From assembly GCA_007695095.1 (NCBI GenBank), contig REEL01000093.1, forward strand, positions 121 to 64,120: 64,000 bases of DNA, written 5' to 3'. Origin of the DNA: Chitinophagaceae bacterium. GTDB taxonomy: Bacteria > Bacteroidota > Bacteroidia > Chitinophagales > REEL01. The translations under genes were made by a program, and so were the position numbers. The notes under the pieces are model-generated. The model was not told the DNA's origin and ran no database searches. It saw only the letters and a program-made list of their open reading frames with translations. Below, piece by piece: positions 47,808-57,279 of this stretch (positions within the stretch are counted from its first letter, which is position 1; every line of letters starts with the position of its first letter).

Positions 47808-48266
47808 TTAAAATGCATTTAACACCTGCTTTGTTGGCTCTTTTGTATCTACTTTCTTGAATATCTTTTCAATTTTGCCTTTTTCATCAATTACAAAGGT
47901 CATGCGATGTATACCATCGTAGACTTTTCCCATAAACTTTTTTTCTCCCCAAACTCCGTAAGAGTTGCATAATTTTTTGTCAGTATCTGCAATTAAAGTA
48001 AATGGCAAATCAAATTTATTGATAAACTTTTTATGAGATTCCTCATCATCGGCACTCACACCAATTACCTCAAAACCTTTTTTAGTGAGTGATGCATAAT
48101 TATCTCTGAAATCACAAGCTTCTTTAGTGCAGCCGGGTGTATTATCTTTAGGGTAAAAGTATAAAATTACTTTCTTATCTTTAAAATCACTCAGTTTAAC
48201 CGTATTACCGTTTTGGTCTTTAGCTGTAAAATCCGGTGCCTTATCATTTTCTTTTAAATGTGTCAT
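47808..48266 (-). CDS. bcp: Thioredoxin-dependent thiol peroxidase (Bcp/PrxQ peroxiredoxin)
   Basis: 'ILYFYPKDNTPGCTKEAC' and 'VIGVSADD'. Confidence 0.9.
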   Translation of the reverse strand: MTHLKENDKAPDFTAKDQNGNTVKLSDFKDKKVILYFYPKDNTPGCTKEACDFRDNYASLTKKGFEVIGVSADDEESHKKFINKFDLPFTLIADTDKKLCNSYGVWGEKKFMGKVYDGIHRMTFVIDEKGKIEKIFKKVDTKEPTKQVLNAF

Positions 48267-48269
48267 AGG

Positions 48270-50030
48270 TTATCGTTTAAAGTTTATTATATATTGAAAT
48301 TTATTTTTGACATTATCTTCAACAGTTAAAAATAATTGATGTTCACCACTTGATAAATCTTCTTCAAAAATATGAAAGAGTAGTTTGTTTTTTGGGTCAT
48401 ACTCCATAAGAATCCATTTCCCGTTTAACTTACCGGTATAAGAACTAATACCACTTAAATCATCTTCAATAGTGAAGGTCATTCTGTCGTAAGTAGTCAT
48501 ATTCTTCCCCTCTCTGATATTCAATGGCCTTATACTAGGAGGAATAGTATCTATTTTTACATAAAACTTTCCAAAATCACGGCTCCTCGCTTTTAAAAAT
48601 TCGCCTTCCCAGTCGGAAGATAAGTACTGGGGGTTTCCTGAGGAATTCTCATAGCAAATAAAACTTTTAGACCTTAAATGAGCAGGTATATCATAAGGTT
48701 TGATTTTTATATCATAAAAATTATGAACAGGAATGTCATTTCGATGAACATGATGTATGGCAGAATGTATGTCTTTTTTAACAGGAGGCGTCCATTCATA
48801 TTGAAAATAAACAGTATCATAAAAAGAGTAAGCCGGAAATTTCAAATTAATTTCATTTGCTGAAAAGGTGTTTCTCCTGTTGTGAGGAAATAAGGTTAGA
48901 TTTTCACCCAGCTCGAATATCTCAGCTTCCGAAGGTTCGCTATATTGCAGTACGAAGGATGTTTTACTTACATTTCCTTTAAAATCGGTTACTTCAATTG
49001 AAATATTTTGTTTAGTTTCTTGACTCAAATCAATAACTCCCTCATTTCTTGTAAGCTCATACATTGAAAAACGATTGTTGGGTTGCAAGTAGAGCTTATT
49101 ATACCATTTATTTTTTTTAATTCGGGCATGATAGTCAATATGCGCATTTAAATACCTTGTTTCGGAAAAAGCAAATGTAGAGGCTTTAAAATGGTATAAA
49201 AGCTGATTTTCCTGAAATAGTTTTATCTCATAAGGTCCGTTTCTGTTAACAGTACCGGATAAATTATCATAAGCAGAAATGCCCGCACCTATTTGTGTGA
49301 CATTGACTTTAATAGTATCTTTTGAAAGTGTGTAAACGCCTTTTTGTTGTCTTCTTAGCGGGAAATACATCGGACTTGAAAAATGACGATTCATTCCCAA
49401 GGGGTAAATTGCTAAGGATTCCATTACCGGATAATCAGTATCAGAAACGTCAAATCCAAAATATAGAGGGTTAATAGGCATTTGAGTAGCTGTTTCACGT
49501 ATTTCAAAATGCAAATGCGGGCCCATGGAACTGCCGGTATTTCCTGAAAGACCAATGATATCGCCCTGCTTAACTCTAAACTGGTTTCGGTCGGGGTACA
49601 GTTCTATATTAAAACTTTTTTGAGCGTATTGTGCATTTTTGACATAGGCAGACAGTTCCGGAAAAAAATCATTCATGTGAGCATAAACACTCGTATATCC
49701 GTTAGGGTGACTAATGTAAATGGCTTTTCCAAAACCGACAGGAGATACATTAACTCTGGAGACGTACCCGTCAGCTACAGCTAATACCGGTAAATCTTCT
49801 CTCCTTTGAGTTCTGAAATCGATGCCTGAATGAAAGTGATTGTTTCTCAATTCAGCAAAAGTACCTGTAACCTCTAAAGGAATTTTTAGGGGTGAAATAA
49901 AATAATCTTCCGGATGATTATTTCCTGAAATTAATAAGCCGGGTAACAGAAATAAAATCAATACAAAAAGCAGTTTAAGAGCTGCTTTTTTAGAAATTCG
50001 GTCTGATAGTATGATACTCGTCTCCTTCAT
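48270..50030 (-). CDS. M23 family metallopeptidase, long C-terminal extension
   Basis: 'HFHSGIDFRT' and 'GNTGSSMGPHLHFEI', with an N-terminal TM/signal segment. Confidence 0.8.
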   Translation of the reverse strand: MKETSIILSDRISKKAALKLLFVLILFLLPGLLISGNNHPEDYFISPLKIPLEVTGTFAELRNNHFHSGIDFRTQRREDLPVLAVADGYVSRVNVSPVGFGKAIYISHPNGYTSVYAHMNDFFPELSAYVKNAQYAQKSFNIELYPDRNQFRVKQGDIIGLSGNTGSSMGPHLHFEIRETATQMPINPLYFGFDVSDTDYPVMESLAIYPLGMNRHFSSPMYFPLRRQQKGVYTLSKDTIKVNVTQIGAGISAYDNLSGTVNRNGPYEIKLFQENQLLYHFKASTFAFSETRYLNAHIDYHARIKKNKWYNKLYLQPNNRFSMYELTRNEGVIDLSQETKQNISIEVTDFKGNVSKTSFVLQYSEPSEAEIFELGENLTLFPHNRRNTFSANEINLKFPAYSFYDTVYFQYEWTPPVKKDIHSAIHHVHRNDIPVHNFYDIKIKPYDIPAHLRSKSFICYENSSGNPQYLSSDWEGEFLKARSRDFGKFYVKIDTIPPSIRPLNIREGKNMTTYDRMTFTIEDDLSGISSYTGKLNGKWILMEYDPKNKLLFHIFEEDLSSGEHQLFLTVEDNVKNKFQYIINFKR

Positions 50031-50700
50031 AAAACTTTTTAATTACCTGAACAGCATCTTCAGGATTGTCTGTTAATTGAAATAAATCCATATCCTCAGG
50101 AGAGATATTTTGCTCTTTATTTAATAAAGTATCTTTAATCCAGTCTAAAAGAGGTTGCCAAAATGACTCCCCTAACAATACAACGGGCACTTTCTCGATT
50201 TTATGTGTTTGTATTAAGGTTAATACTTCAAATAATTCATCTAAAGTTCCAAAACCACCCGGACAAAATATGAATCCCTGAGCATATTTTACAAGCATAA
50301 CTTTTCTGATGAAAAAATATCTGAAGTTTACAATACTGTCAGGGTCTAAAAATTCATTGGAAAATTGTTCCATAGGTAAATCGATGTTTAACCCAACCGA
50401 ACGGCCACCCGCTTCATAAGCCCCTTTATTAGAAGCTTCCATAATGCCGGGTCCGCCACCTGTGATGACCCCAAAGCCGATTTCAGTTAAAAGTGAGGCC
50501 GACTTAACAGCTTGTTTGTAATATTCATGCTCCTGTGGGGTTCTGGCAGAGCCAAAAATTGATATACATGGACCAATTCGATTTAGTTTATCAAAGCCCT
50601 CTACAAACTCAGACATGATTTTAAAAATTTGCCATGAAGATTCGGCCTTCATCTCTGACCATGATTTCTGCTTGAAGTTACTTCTATTTCTATTTTTCAC
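49990..50700 (-). CDS. LOG-family (TIGR00730) Rossmann-fold nucleotide phosphoribohydrolase
   Basis: 'ITGGGPGIMEA' and 'CPGGFGTLDELFE' (the PGGxGTxxE motif). Confidence 0.85.
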   Translation of the reverse strand: MKNRNRSNFKQKSWSEMKAESSWQIFKIMSEFVEGFDKLNRIGPCISIFGSARTPQEHEYYKQAVKSASLLTEIGFGVITGGGPGIMEASNKGAYEAGGRSVGLNIDLPMEQFSNEFLDPDSIVNFRYFFIRKVMLVKYAQGFIFCPGGFGTLDELFEVLTLIQTHKIEKVPVVLLGESFWQPLLDWIKDTLLNKEQNISPEDMDLFQLTDNPEDAVQVIKKFYEGDEYHTIRPNF

Positions 50701-50721
50701 AATTGTTTATTTTTAAGGTTA

Positions 50722-52188
50722 TTAAGGTATGATATCCTGACTGATTTTTGATTTATTTTTCATAATAAATAAAAGCCCGGTAAAGGTTAAAAGTCCGTTT
50801 AAAATTAATAATTCAAATCCAAATTGATAGCCCCAAAGTAAGGTATCTGCATGCCTTTGAAGTATAAAACATATTAAAGGCGATGATATTGCAATAAATG
50901 GCACCCATCGGTCATAAATGGGTTTGTTTACAAAAAGTCCATAGGCAAATAATCCAAGCAGTGGCCCGTAGGTATATCCGGCAGCTGTGAATATAGCCGT
51001 TATTACATTTTCATTATTAATAGATTTAAAAATCATTATTACGGCAAAAACTGCAACAGCCACCACTATGTGCATTTGTTTGCGAAGACGGACCTGCCCT
51101 TCCTTGCTTTTTTTATCAATATCTAAAACATCAATACAAAGTGAAGTAGTTAAGGAAGTCAGTGCCGAATCAGCGCTGGAATATGCCGCTGCAATAACAC
51201 CCAGCACAAAGAAAATGCCGGCAATAAGCTGTAAATGTCCGTCAACGGCTAACGTAGGGAAAAAATAATCTGTCATTTCAGGTACCGAAAGATTTTTGGC
51301 TGTTGCCAGCATAAAAAGCATTGCGCCTAAAACAACAAAAAGGAAGTTGACAAATACCTGAACTATGCTGAAGGTGATCATGTTTTTTTGCGCTTCACCT
51401 ATGTTTTTACAAGTCAGGTTTTTCTGCATCATATCTTGATCTAAACCGGTCATAACTATTGCAATGAAAATACCGCTGGTAAATTCTTTCCAGAAAAACT
51501 TAGAGGATCCGGGATCGAAAAAGAACATCTTACTGTAGCCCGAGTTTTTTATTTCAGCAGGAAGTGATAACAGGCTTATGTTTAAATCTGATGCAATTGT
51601 AATAATACATACCACTACAGCCACCAACATAAAAAAAGTCTGAAGCGTATCCGTCCATATAATTGTTTTTATACCTCCTTTTCGGGTATAGAGCCAAATT
51701 AACAATATTGTAAAACCCACGGTTACAGAAAAAGGAATATTAAAATTATCAAAGATTAATATTTGCATAACCAAAGCAATCAAAAACAGCCTGAAAGCAG
51801 TACCTATAGTTCTTGAAAGCAGAAAAAAGAATGCTCCGGTTTTGTATGTGTAAAACCCGAATTTCTTGAGATATGAGTAAATAGTGATTAAATTGAGCTT
51901 ATAGTATAGAGGTAAGAGCACGCCGGCAATAATAAAGTACCCAATTACATATCCGAAAATGATTTGCATATAAGCAAACTGATTGCTGCCTACCCAACCC
52001 GGCACTGAAATAAATGTTACTCCGGAAAGAGAGGCTCCAATCATACCAAAGGCAACTACAAACCAGGGTGATTTTCGGTTTGCTATAAAAAAAGCATCAT
52101 TCCCGGCATTCTTAGATGTTAGGCGGGAAATAAAAATTAATATCAGAAAATAAACAGCAATTAAGAATACAATTAGTGAGAAAGGCAT
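50722..52188 (-). CDS. Sodium:solute symporter family transporter
   Basis: About 13 TM helices, with N-terminal 'DAFFIANRKSPWFVVAFGMIGASLSGVTFISVPG' typical of SSS transporters. Confidence 0.85.
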   Translation of the reverse strand: MPFSLIVFLIAVYFLILIFISRLTSKNAGNDAFFIANRKSPWFVVAFGMIGASLSGVTFISVPGWVGSNQFAYMQIIFGYVIGYFIIAGVLLPLYYKLNLITIYSYLKKFGFYTYKTGAFFFLLSRTIGTAFRLFLIALVMQILIFDNFNIPFSVTVGFTILLIWLYTRKGGIKTIIWTDTLQTFFMLVAVVVCIITIASDLNISLLSLPAEIKNSGYSKMFFFDPGSSKFFWKEFTSGIFIAIVMTGLDQDMMQKNLTCKNIGEAQKNMITFSIVQVFVNFLFVVLGAMLFMLATAKNLSVPEMTDYFFPTLAVDGHLQLIAGIFFVLGVIAAAYSSADSALTSLTTSLCIDVLDIDKKSKEGQVRLRKQMHIVVAVAVFAVIMIFKSINNENVITAIFTAAGYTYGPLLGLFAYGLFVNKPIYDRWVPFIAISSPLICFILQRHADTLLWGYQFGFELLILNGLLTFTGLLFIMKNKSKISQDIIP

Positions 52189-52587
52189 TTATATTGTATT
52201 ATTTTAAAAAAAGTAAAGGTAAAATTATTCTCAAAATAAAAGCATCTGAACTTAAAAATGAAATTGCTTTAAGTTTTTTACTAACGTGAAAGGAAGTTTT
52301 TTTTATTTAAACTATGCATTCATAAAGTCCTCTGTACTTTTGCAGTTGTTACTTTTAGGTATACAGACTTTCAAACCTTAAAATTTTTTTTTAAGGCAGG
52401 AAAAATTATATTTTAATACTCATGGATTCAGTAAAGTAAGTTAAAAAAATATATGTTTGCATAAGAGTTGATTGGATTTAAAAATTCGCTGAAATATTGT
52501 AATTTTATAGATTGAATCAGCATTTTTAATATTAGTTAAGGCTTAATTTTAAAAAATTTTTATCTAAAAAAGTAAAAGAATTAAAAA

Positions 52588-54036
52588 ATGAAAAAGCTAA
52601 AACTTATCTTATTGCTTCCCTTTTTATTTTGCAGTTTATACACACAGGCAATACAAATAAATAATTTAACTGTTTGGCCTCAAAATCCAACGACCAATGA
52701 TTTTATATCTTTTTCTGTAGATATTACAGCCAACACCTCACCTTGTAATCCAATATTGGTTGATACTTCTTTTAGTGCCAATCAGTTTAACTTTAATGTA
52801 CAACATGAACAGGGTATGTTAATGGTGATTTGTAACAGAACCGATACCTATAATTTAGGAAATCTTCCGGCCGGAACTTATACTTTGTATCACAGAGTTT
52901 TTCAGGTAGGTGGGAATGACAGCGATATTCTTGTTCAGTTTACAGTTACAGAAGTTGGAGGTACTCCGTCTCCGGAATTTAACTTTTCAGAATTCGGGAT
53001 GAACAGCTATTGTATGGGAGACACTATCGGATTTGAAGCCATAGCAGAAAATTTCGATAGTTTAAATAGCTTTAGTGTGAATGTTATACGTGAAAGTGAC
53101 GGTCAATCTACTTCTGTTCCTTCACTTATTACAAACCAAGACAGTTTGTGGTCTTTTTCTGTACCTGTTAACGAAATTAATTTTAATGCAGGAGATGCTT
53201 ATTCAGTTCAGGTTGAGAGTTCTTCACCCTCTCAGTTATTTACGGATACCTCCGTTTTTTTGATTAAAGATATTCCCCCGGCTCCCGTATGGTTAGCTGC
53301 CGATACTGCTTTTTGTGAAGGGGATTCAATTGGAGAATTTTTATTTAATGTATATAATGAAGATTATGCCTTAAACTGGATAACTAATCCTGCTAATTCT
53401 GTTCAAAATATGAATATAGTGGATGATGCCATATCAGTTGAGGTTCCGGATGCTTTTACCGGAAATTTCTCTTTAGCACTCTACAGTACGAACATTTGCG
53501 GTGATTCTGAACTTTCTAATGAGCTCGATATAGAAATTAATGCAAAGCCGGTAGTTGCTATTATTGATTCCGGAAACTATATATTTTCGGTTGCAGAAAG
53601 TGGAAATGTAAACTGGTATATTAATGGAACGCCGGCAATGGGAAACCCGACATCAGAAATTGATATTGAACCCTACATTACACCTGATCTGGACTCTATA
53701 AAATTAAAAGTAGTTTATAAAGATGAAAATACTTGTGAGGCTGAAGATGAGCTATTGGTGATTATTACAGATGTACAGGAAAGAAATGTCATTGAAGACT
53801 TTCTTTTAGTTTATTCAGGGAATGGATATTTAATAATTGAGAATAATTATTCCAAACCTATCCGGAATGTAAACATTTACAGTGTTTCCGGACAAAAGTT
53901 ATTTGAATATCAAAGAATTTCTTCCGGAGAGAAAGTATTACTGAATAATCTTCCTTTTCATCTTCCCGGAATTTATATTTTGGAATTAAATATCAACGAT
54001 AATAATCGAATTTTAAAGAAAGTCCACTACCATTAA
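52588..54036 (+). CDS. Secreted hypothetical protein with Ig-like Cys-containing repeats and a probable T9SS CTD
   Basis: Signal peptide 'MKKLKLILLLPFLFCSLYTQA'. 'FCEGDSIGEF' and 'ICGDSELSNE' repeat cores. C-terminal 'NVNIYSVSGQKLFE...GIYILELNI...' is sorting-domain-like but lacks a clear YPNP. Confidence 0.6.
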   Translation: MKKLKLILLLPFLFCSLYTQAIQINNLTVWPQNPTTNDFISFSVDITANTSPCNPILVDTSFSANQFNFNVQHEQGMLMVICNRTDTYNLGNLPAGTYTLYHRVFQVGGNDSDILVQFTVTEVGGTPSPEFNFSEFGMNSYCMGDTIGFEAIAENFDSLNSFSVNVIRESDGQSTSVPSLITNQDSLWSFSVPVNEINFNAGDAYSVQVESSSPSQLFTDTSVFLIKDIPPAPVWLAADTAFCEGDSIGEFLFNVYNEDYALNWITNPANSVQNMNIVDDAISVEVPDAFTGNFSLALYSTNICGDSELSNELDIEINAKPVVAIIDSGNYIFSVAESGNVNWYINGTPAMGNPTSEIDIEPYITPDLDSIKLKVVYKDENTCEAEDELLVIITDVQERNVIEDFLLVYSGNGYLIIENNYSKPIRNVNIYSVSGQKLFEYQRISSGEKVLLNNLPFHLPGIYILELNINDNNRILKKVHYH

Positions 54037-54039
54037 AAT

Positions 54040-57000
54040 ATGGAAAAATTAAAAGGTACCGGGGCGCAATTTATAAAAGCATCAGCAGGAAGTGGCAAAA
54101 CTTTTCGGCTTGTGCTTGAGTATATTGCTTTGGCTTTTCAAAATAATAATTCCTTTAGAAATATACTTGCAGTAACTTTTACGCGGGCAGCAACCCGCGA
54201 AATGAAAGAGCGGATTATTGAAGAGTTGACCATCATTGCATGTGAAGAGGACTCTGCAATGAAAGAAATTTTGAAACTTACCGGAGGTTATTCAGACAAA
54301 GTAATTTCAGCTAAGGCAAATAATTTGCTGAAAGAGATCCTTTTTCATTACGGCTGGTTTGAAATCAGTACTATCGACAGCTTTTTTCAAAAACTGATTC
54401 GGGCCTTTGCCAGAGAATTAAACATTCCAATGGGCGCTCTTATTGAAATTGATCAGCAAAAAGTGATTAAAGAAGTTACGGCTAACCTTTTTGAATCCTA
54501 TGGAAAACAGGATTTTAAAAATTTAAAAAAATGGATTAGACAATTTATTGCAGAACAACTTAATAGCGGAAAATCATGGAACATAGAGTATGCTTTAGCA
54601 TCGCTGGCATCAGAAAGCCTTAAGGAAAAGGCAATTAATATGCCTGAAAATGAAGACGCTGAAAATCTGCTAAAAACTTCCGATAAAATCATTTCAACTT
54701 TTACCGATCAAATGAAAGCTTACGGTGAGCAAGCTTTGGAAATGATCACAAACTATCAACTAACAATAGAGGATTTTTCTTACGGAAAAAGTGGATTTGC
54801 CAATTATTTTAAAAAAATAGCCTCAACTTCTCAAATAGTCAAAACCTATGAAATTGGGCTACGTGTTTATAAAGCACAGGATGATGTGGATACATGGTAT
54901 GGGAAAAAGTCTCAACGGATAGATGATATTCTGAACTGCGCCAATAGCGGGCTCCACTCTCTACTTTGTGAAATAATCTCATTTCAGGAGGCTCATTACC
55001 CTGAGTTTATTACAGCCATGCAAATTAAAAAAAGCGTTTATGCGCTGGGCATAGTATCCTATTTTCATCATTTTCTCCGAAACTACAGAAAAGAAAAAGA
55101 CACCTTACTCATTTCTGATAATACTGAATTACTGAATAGACTGGTAGCTTCTTCAGACGTACCTTTTATATACGAGAAATCCGGTCTTTATCTGAATCAC
55201 ATTTTAATAGATGAATTTCAGGATACCTCTGCTATGCAATGGCAAAACTTTCTTCCTTTAATCAACAATAGCTTATCCCAAAATAATAAAGTCTTATTGG
55301 TAGGTGATGTCAAGCAATCTATTTACCGGTTCAGGGGCGGAGATATGCAGCTTTTACTAACTAAAGCGGAGGAAGACTTAGGTTTTTTTGAAATTAATTC
55401 CGAGACTCTGGAAGTTAACAGAAGAAGCTATCCGGCTATAGTACATTTTAATAACTTTCTGTTTAGTTCTATACCGGGAAGAGTGGATGCCGGAGTGTTT
55501 GGAGGGGAGATATTCAGAGATACTATTTTAAAAGCATATTCAGATGCTGTACAAAAGTTCAGTAGAGGAAGTTTAGAGAATTGCGGATATGTGGAACTTA
55601 CAATATCCGAAGAAAAAGAAGTAAATCATATAAATGAAGAGGATGATATTGAGACTATCCGGGCTTATAAAGCTTATGTAACAGATTGTATTGAAAAAGC
55701 AGTTAATAATGGTTTCCATTTCAGGGATATTTGTATATTAATCCGCAATAATCGTCAGGGCAAAGAAATAGCCGAGTGGTTGAAATTCAACAATATTCCG
55801 GTAGTTTCAAAAGAGTCTCTACTTTTATCAAGTTCTCCTGCGGTGAAATGTTTTATATCATTTATGAAATGGTTGGCAGAGCCTAAAAATGAAGAAGCTT
55901 TATTATATACGCTTAACTTTTTACTGGAAAATGATTTTTTCATAGATTACAAAACCTATCATTCACTACTTAAAAATAAAACAGAAGCTATTGATTTACT
56001 TTTTGAATCTACAGGGCACAGCAAAAAAGAGTTACTGTCTTTTCCATTACTGAAGCTAACGGAGAAAATTATTTACGCCTTCAATTTGGTTCCGGAACCG
56101 GATATGTATATGCAGCGCTTGACGGATTTTGTGATGGAGTCAAATCGTTTGTACGGACCGGACTTAATTAGCTTTTTAGAATTCTGGGAAGAGAAAAAAG
56201 AACGGCTTTCAGTAGTGACTTCATCTGATGAAGATGCTATCACTATAATGACCATTCACAAATCAAAAGGATTACAGTTTCCGGTAGTGATTTTACCGGA
56301 TATCGATTATGATTTAAATCCGCACAGAGAAACCTATTTATGGGTCATGCCGCAATTAGAAAATATGCAGTTTGAAAAGCAGGTTCCTGTAAAATCTTCT
56401 CCGGCACTTGAGCAAAGCACCCTTTCAAATGAGTATCTTTTGGAGCGCAATCTCTTTATGTTGGATAATTTGAACCTGCTTTATGTGGCAACTACAAGAG
56501 CCGAAAAATGTATGTTTATTCGATTCAATTGTACCCGAAAAAATCGTTCAAGTCCTAAAATTCAGGAATTAGGTCAGGTAATTTTCGCAGAGGCCACAAC
56601 CGATGTTTTTACCTCAGAGGATGCAAAGAAGGAATGGAAGGAGCTACAGAAAATGAATATTTCAACAAAAGAGAATAATGCAGTTTACAGTTTTGGAAAG
56701 TTGGACTTTGAATTAAAAAAATACATTAAATCCAAAGGAATTAGCATTAAAAACTGGCACATAGGGCAGGCCGTTCCAACGCTTAAGCTGAAAAGAAGCT
56801 GGCAAAAAGATGCCGGTCGGCAAAGTGATGAAAATTTGTCAGCTTTAGAAAGAGGAAAGCTGATACATGAAATTTTAGAAGAAATCCTGACTCCCTCGGA
56901 CATAAATGAAGTGATAGAAAAAAAATGCAGGGAATATTCAGTTAAAAAATTGGGAGAATCAGAAATCAGAAAAAAATTAGAACATTTATTTCAACTGAAA

Positions 57001-57264
57001 ACTGTTCAGGATTGGTTTAGTGGACGGTGGAAATTAATTCGGGAGCAGGAAATACTAATGCCGGGAGGGGAGATGTTTCGTCCTGATAGGGTTATGATTG
57101 AAGGAGAGAAAGCGGTAATCGTTGATTTTAAAAGCGGAGAAGCCCGAAAAATTTATGAAAAACAATTACTAAATTACAAAAATTCATTGGAAGAAATGGG
57201 TTATAAAGAGGTCGAAGCACATATACTGTATTTTGATGAAGCCAGAATTGAAAGCATATTATAA
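54040..57264 (+). CDS. AddA/RecB-like UvrD-family helicase with C-terminal PD-(D/E)XK nuclease domain
   Basis: 'IKASAGSGKTF', 'LIDEFQDTS', 'VGDVKQSIYRFRGGD', 'MTIHKSKGLQFPVV' and 'LLYVATTRAEK'. The nuclease is 'GKLIHEILE...RPDRVMIEGEKAVIVDFKSGE...QLLNYKNSL'. Confidence 0.85.
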   Translation: MEKLKGTGAQFIKASAGSGKTFRLVLEYIALAFQNNNSFRNILAVTFTRAATREMKERIIEELTIIACEEDSAMKEILKLTGGYSDKVISAKANNLLKEILFHYGWFEISTIDSFFQKLIRAFARELNIPMGALIEIDQQKVIKEVTANLFESYGKQDFKNLKKWIRQFIAEQLNSGKSWNIEYALASLASESLKEKAINMPENEDAENLLKTSDKIISTFTDQMKAYGEQALEMITNYQLTIEDFSYGKSGFANYFKKIASTSQIVKTYEIGLRVYKAQDDVDTWYGKKSQRIDDILNCANSGLHSLLCEIISFQEAHYPEFITAMQIKKSVYALGIVSYFHHFLRNYRKEKDTLLISDNTELLNRLVASSDVPFIYEKSGLYLNHILIDEFQDTSAMQWQNFLPLINNSLSQNNKVLLVGDVKQSIYRFRGGDMQLLLTKAEEDLGFFEINSETLEVNRRSYPAIVHFNNFLFSSIPGRVDAGVFGGEIFRDTILKAYSDAVQKFSRGSLENCGYVELTISEEKEVNHINEEDDIETIRAYKAYVTDCIEKAVNNGFHFRDICILIRNNRQGKEIAEWLKFNNIPVVSKESLLLSSSPAVKCFISFMKWLAEPKNEEALLYTLNFLLENDFFIDYKTYHSLLKNKTEAIDLLFESTGHSKKELLSFPLLKLTEKIIYAFNLVPEPDMYMQRLTDFVMESNRLYGPDLISFLEFWEEKKERLSVVTSSDEDAITIMTIHKSKGLQFPVVILPDIDYDLNPHRETYLWVMPQLENMQFEKQVPVKSSPALEQSTLSNEYLLERNLFMLDNLNLLYVATTRAEKCMFIRFNCTRKNRSSPKIQELGQVIFAEATTDVFTSEDAKKEWKELQKMNISTKENNAVYSFGKLDFELKKYIKSKGISIKNWHIGQAVPTLKLKRSWQKDAGRQSDENLSALERGKLIHEILEEILTPSDINEVIEKKCREYSVKKLGESEIRKKLEHLFQLKTVQDWFSGRWKLIREQEILMPGGEMFRPDRVMIEGEKAVIVDFKSGEARKIYEKQLLNYKNSLEEMGYKEVEAHILYFDEARIESIL

Positions 57265-57279
57265 AACTACTATAGAAGC

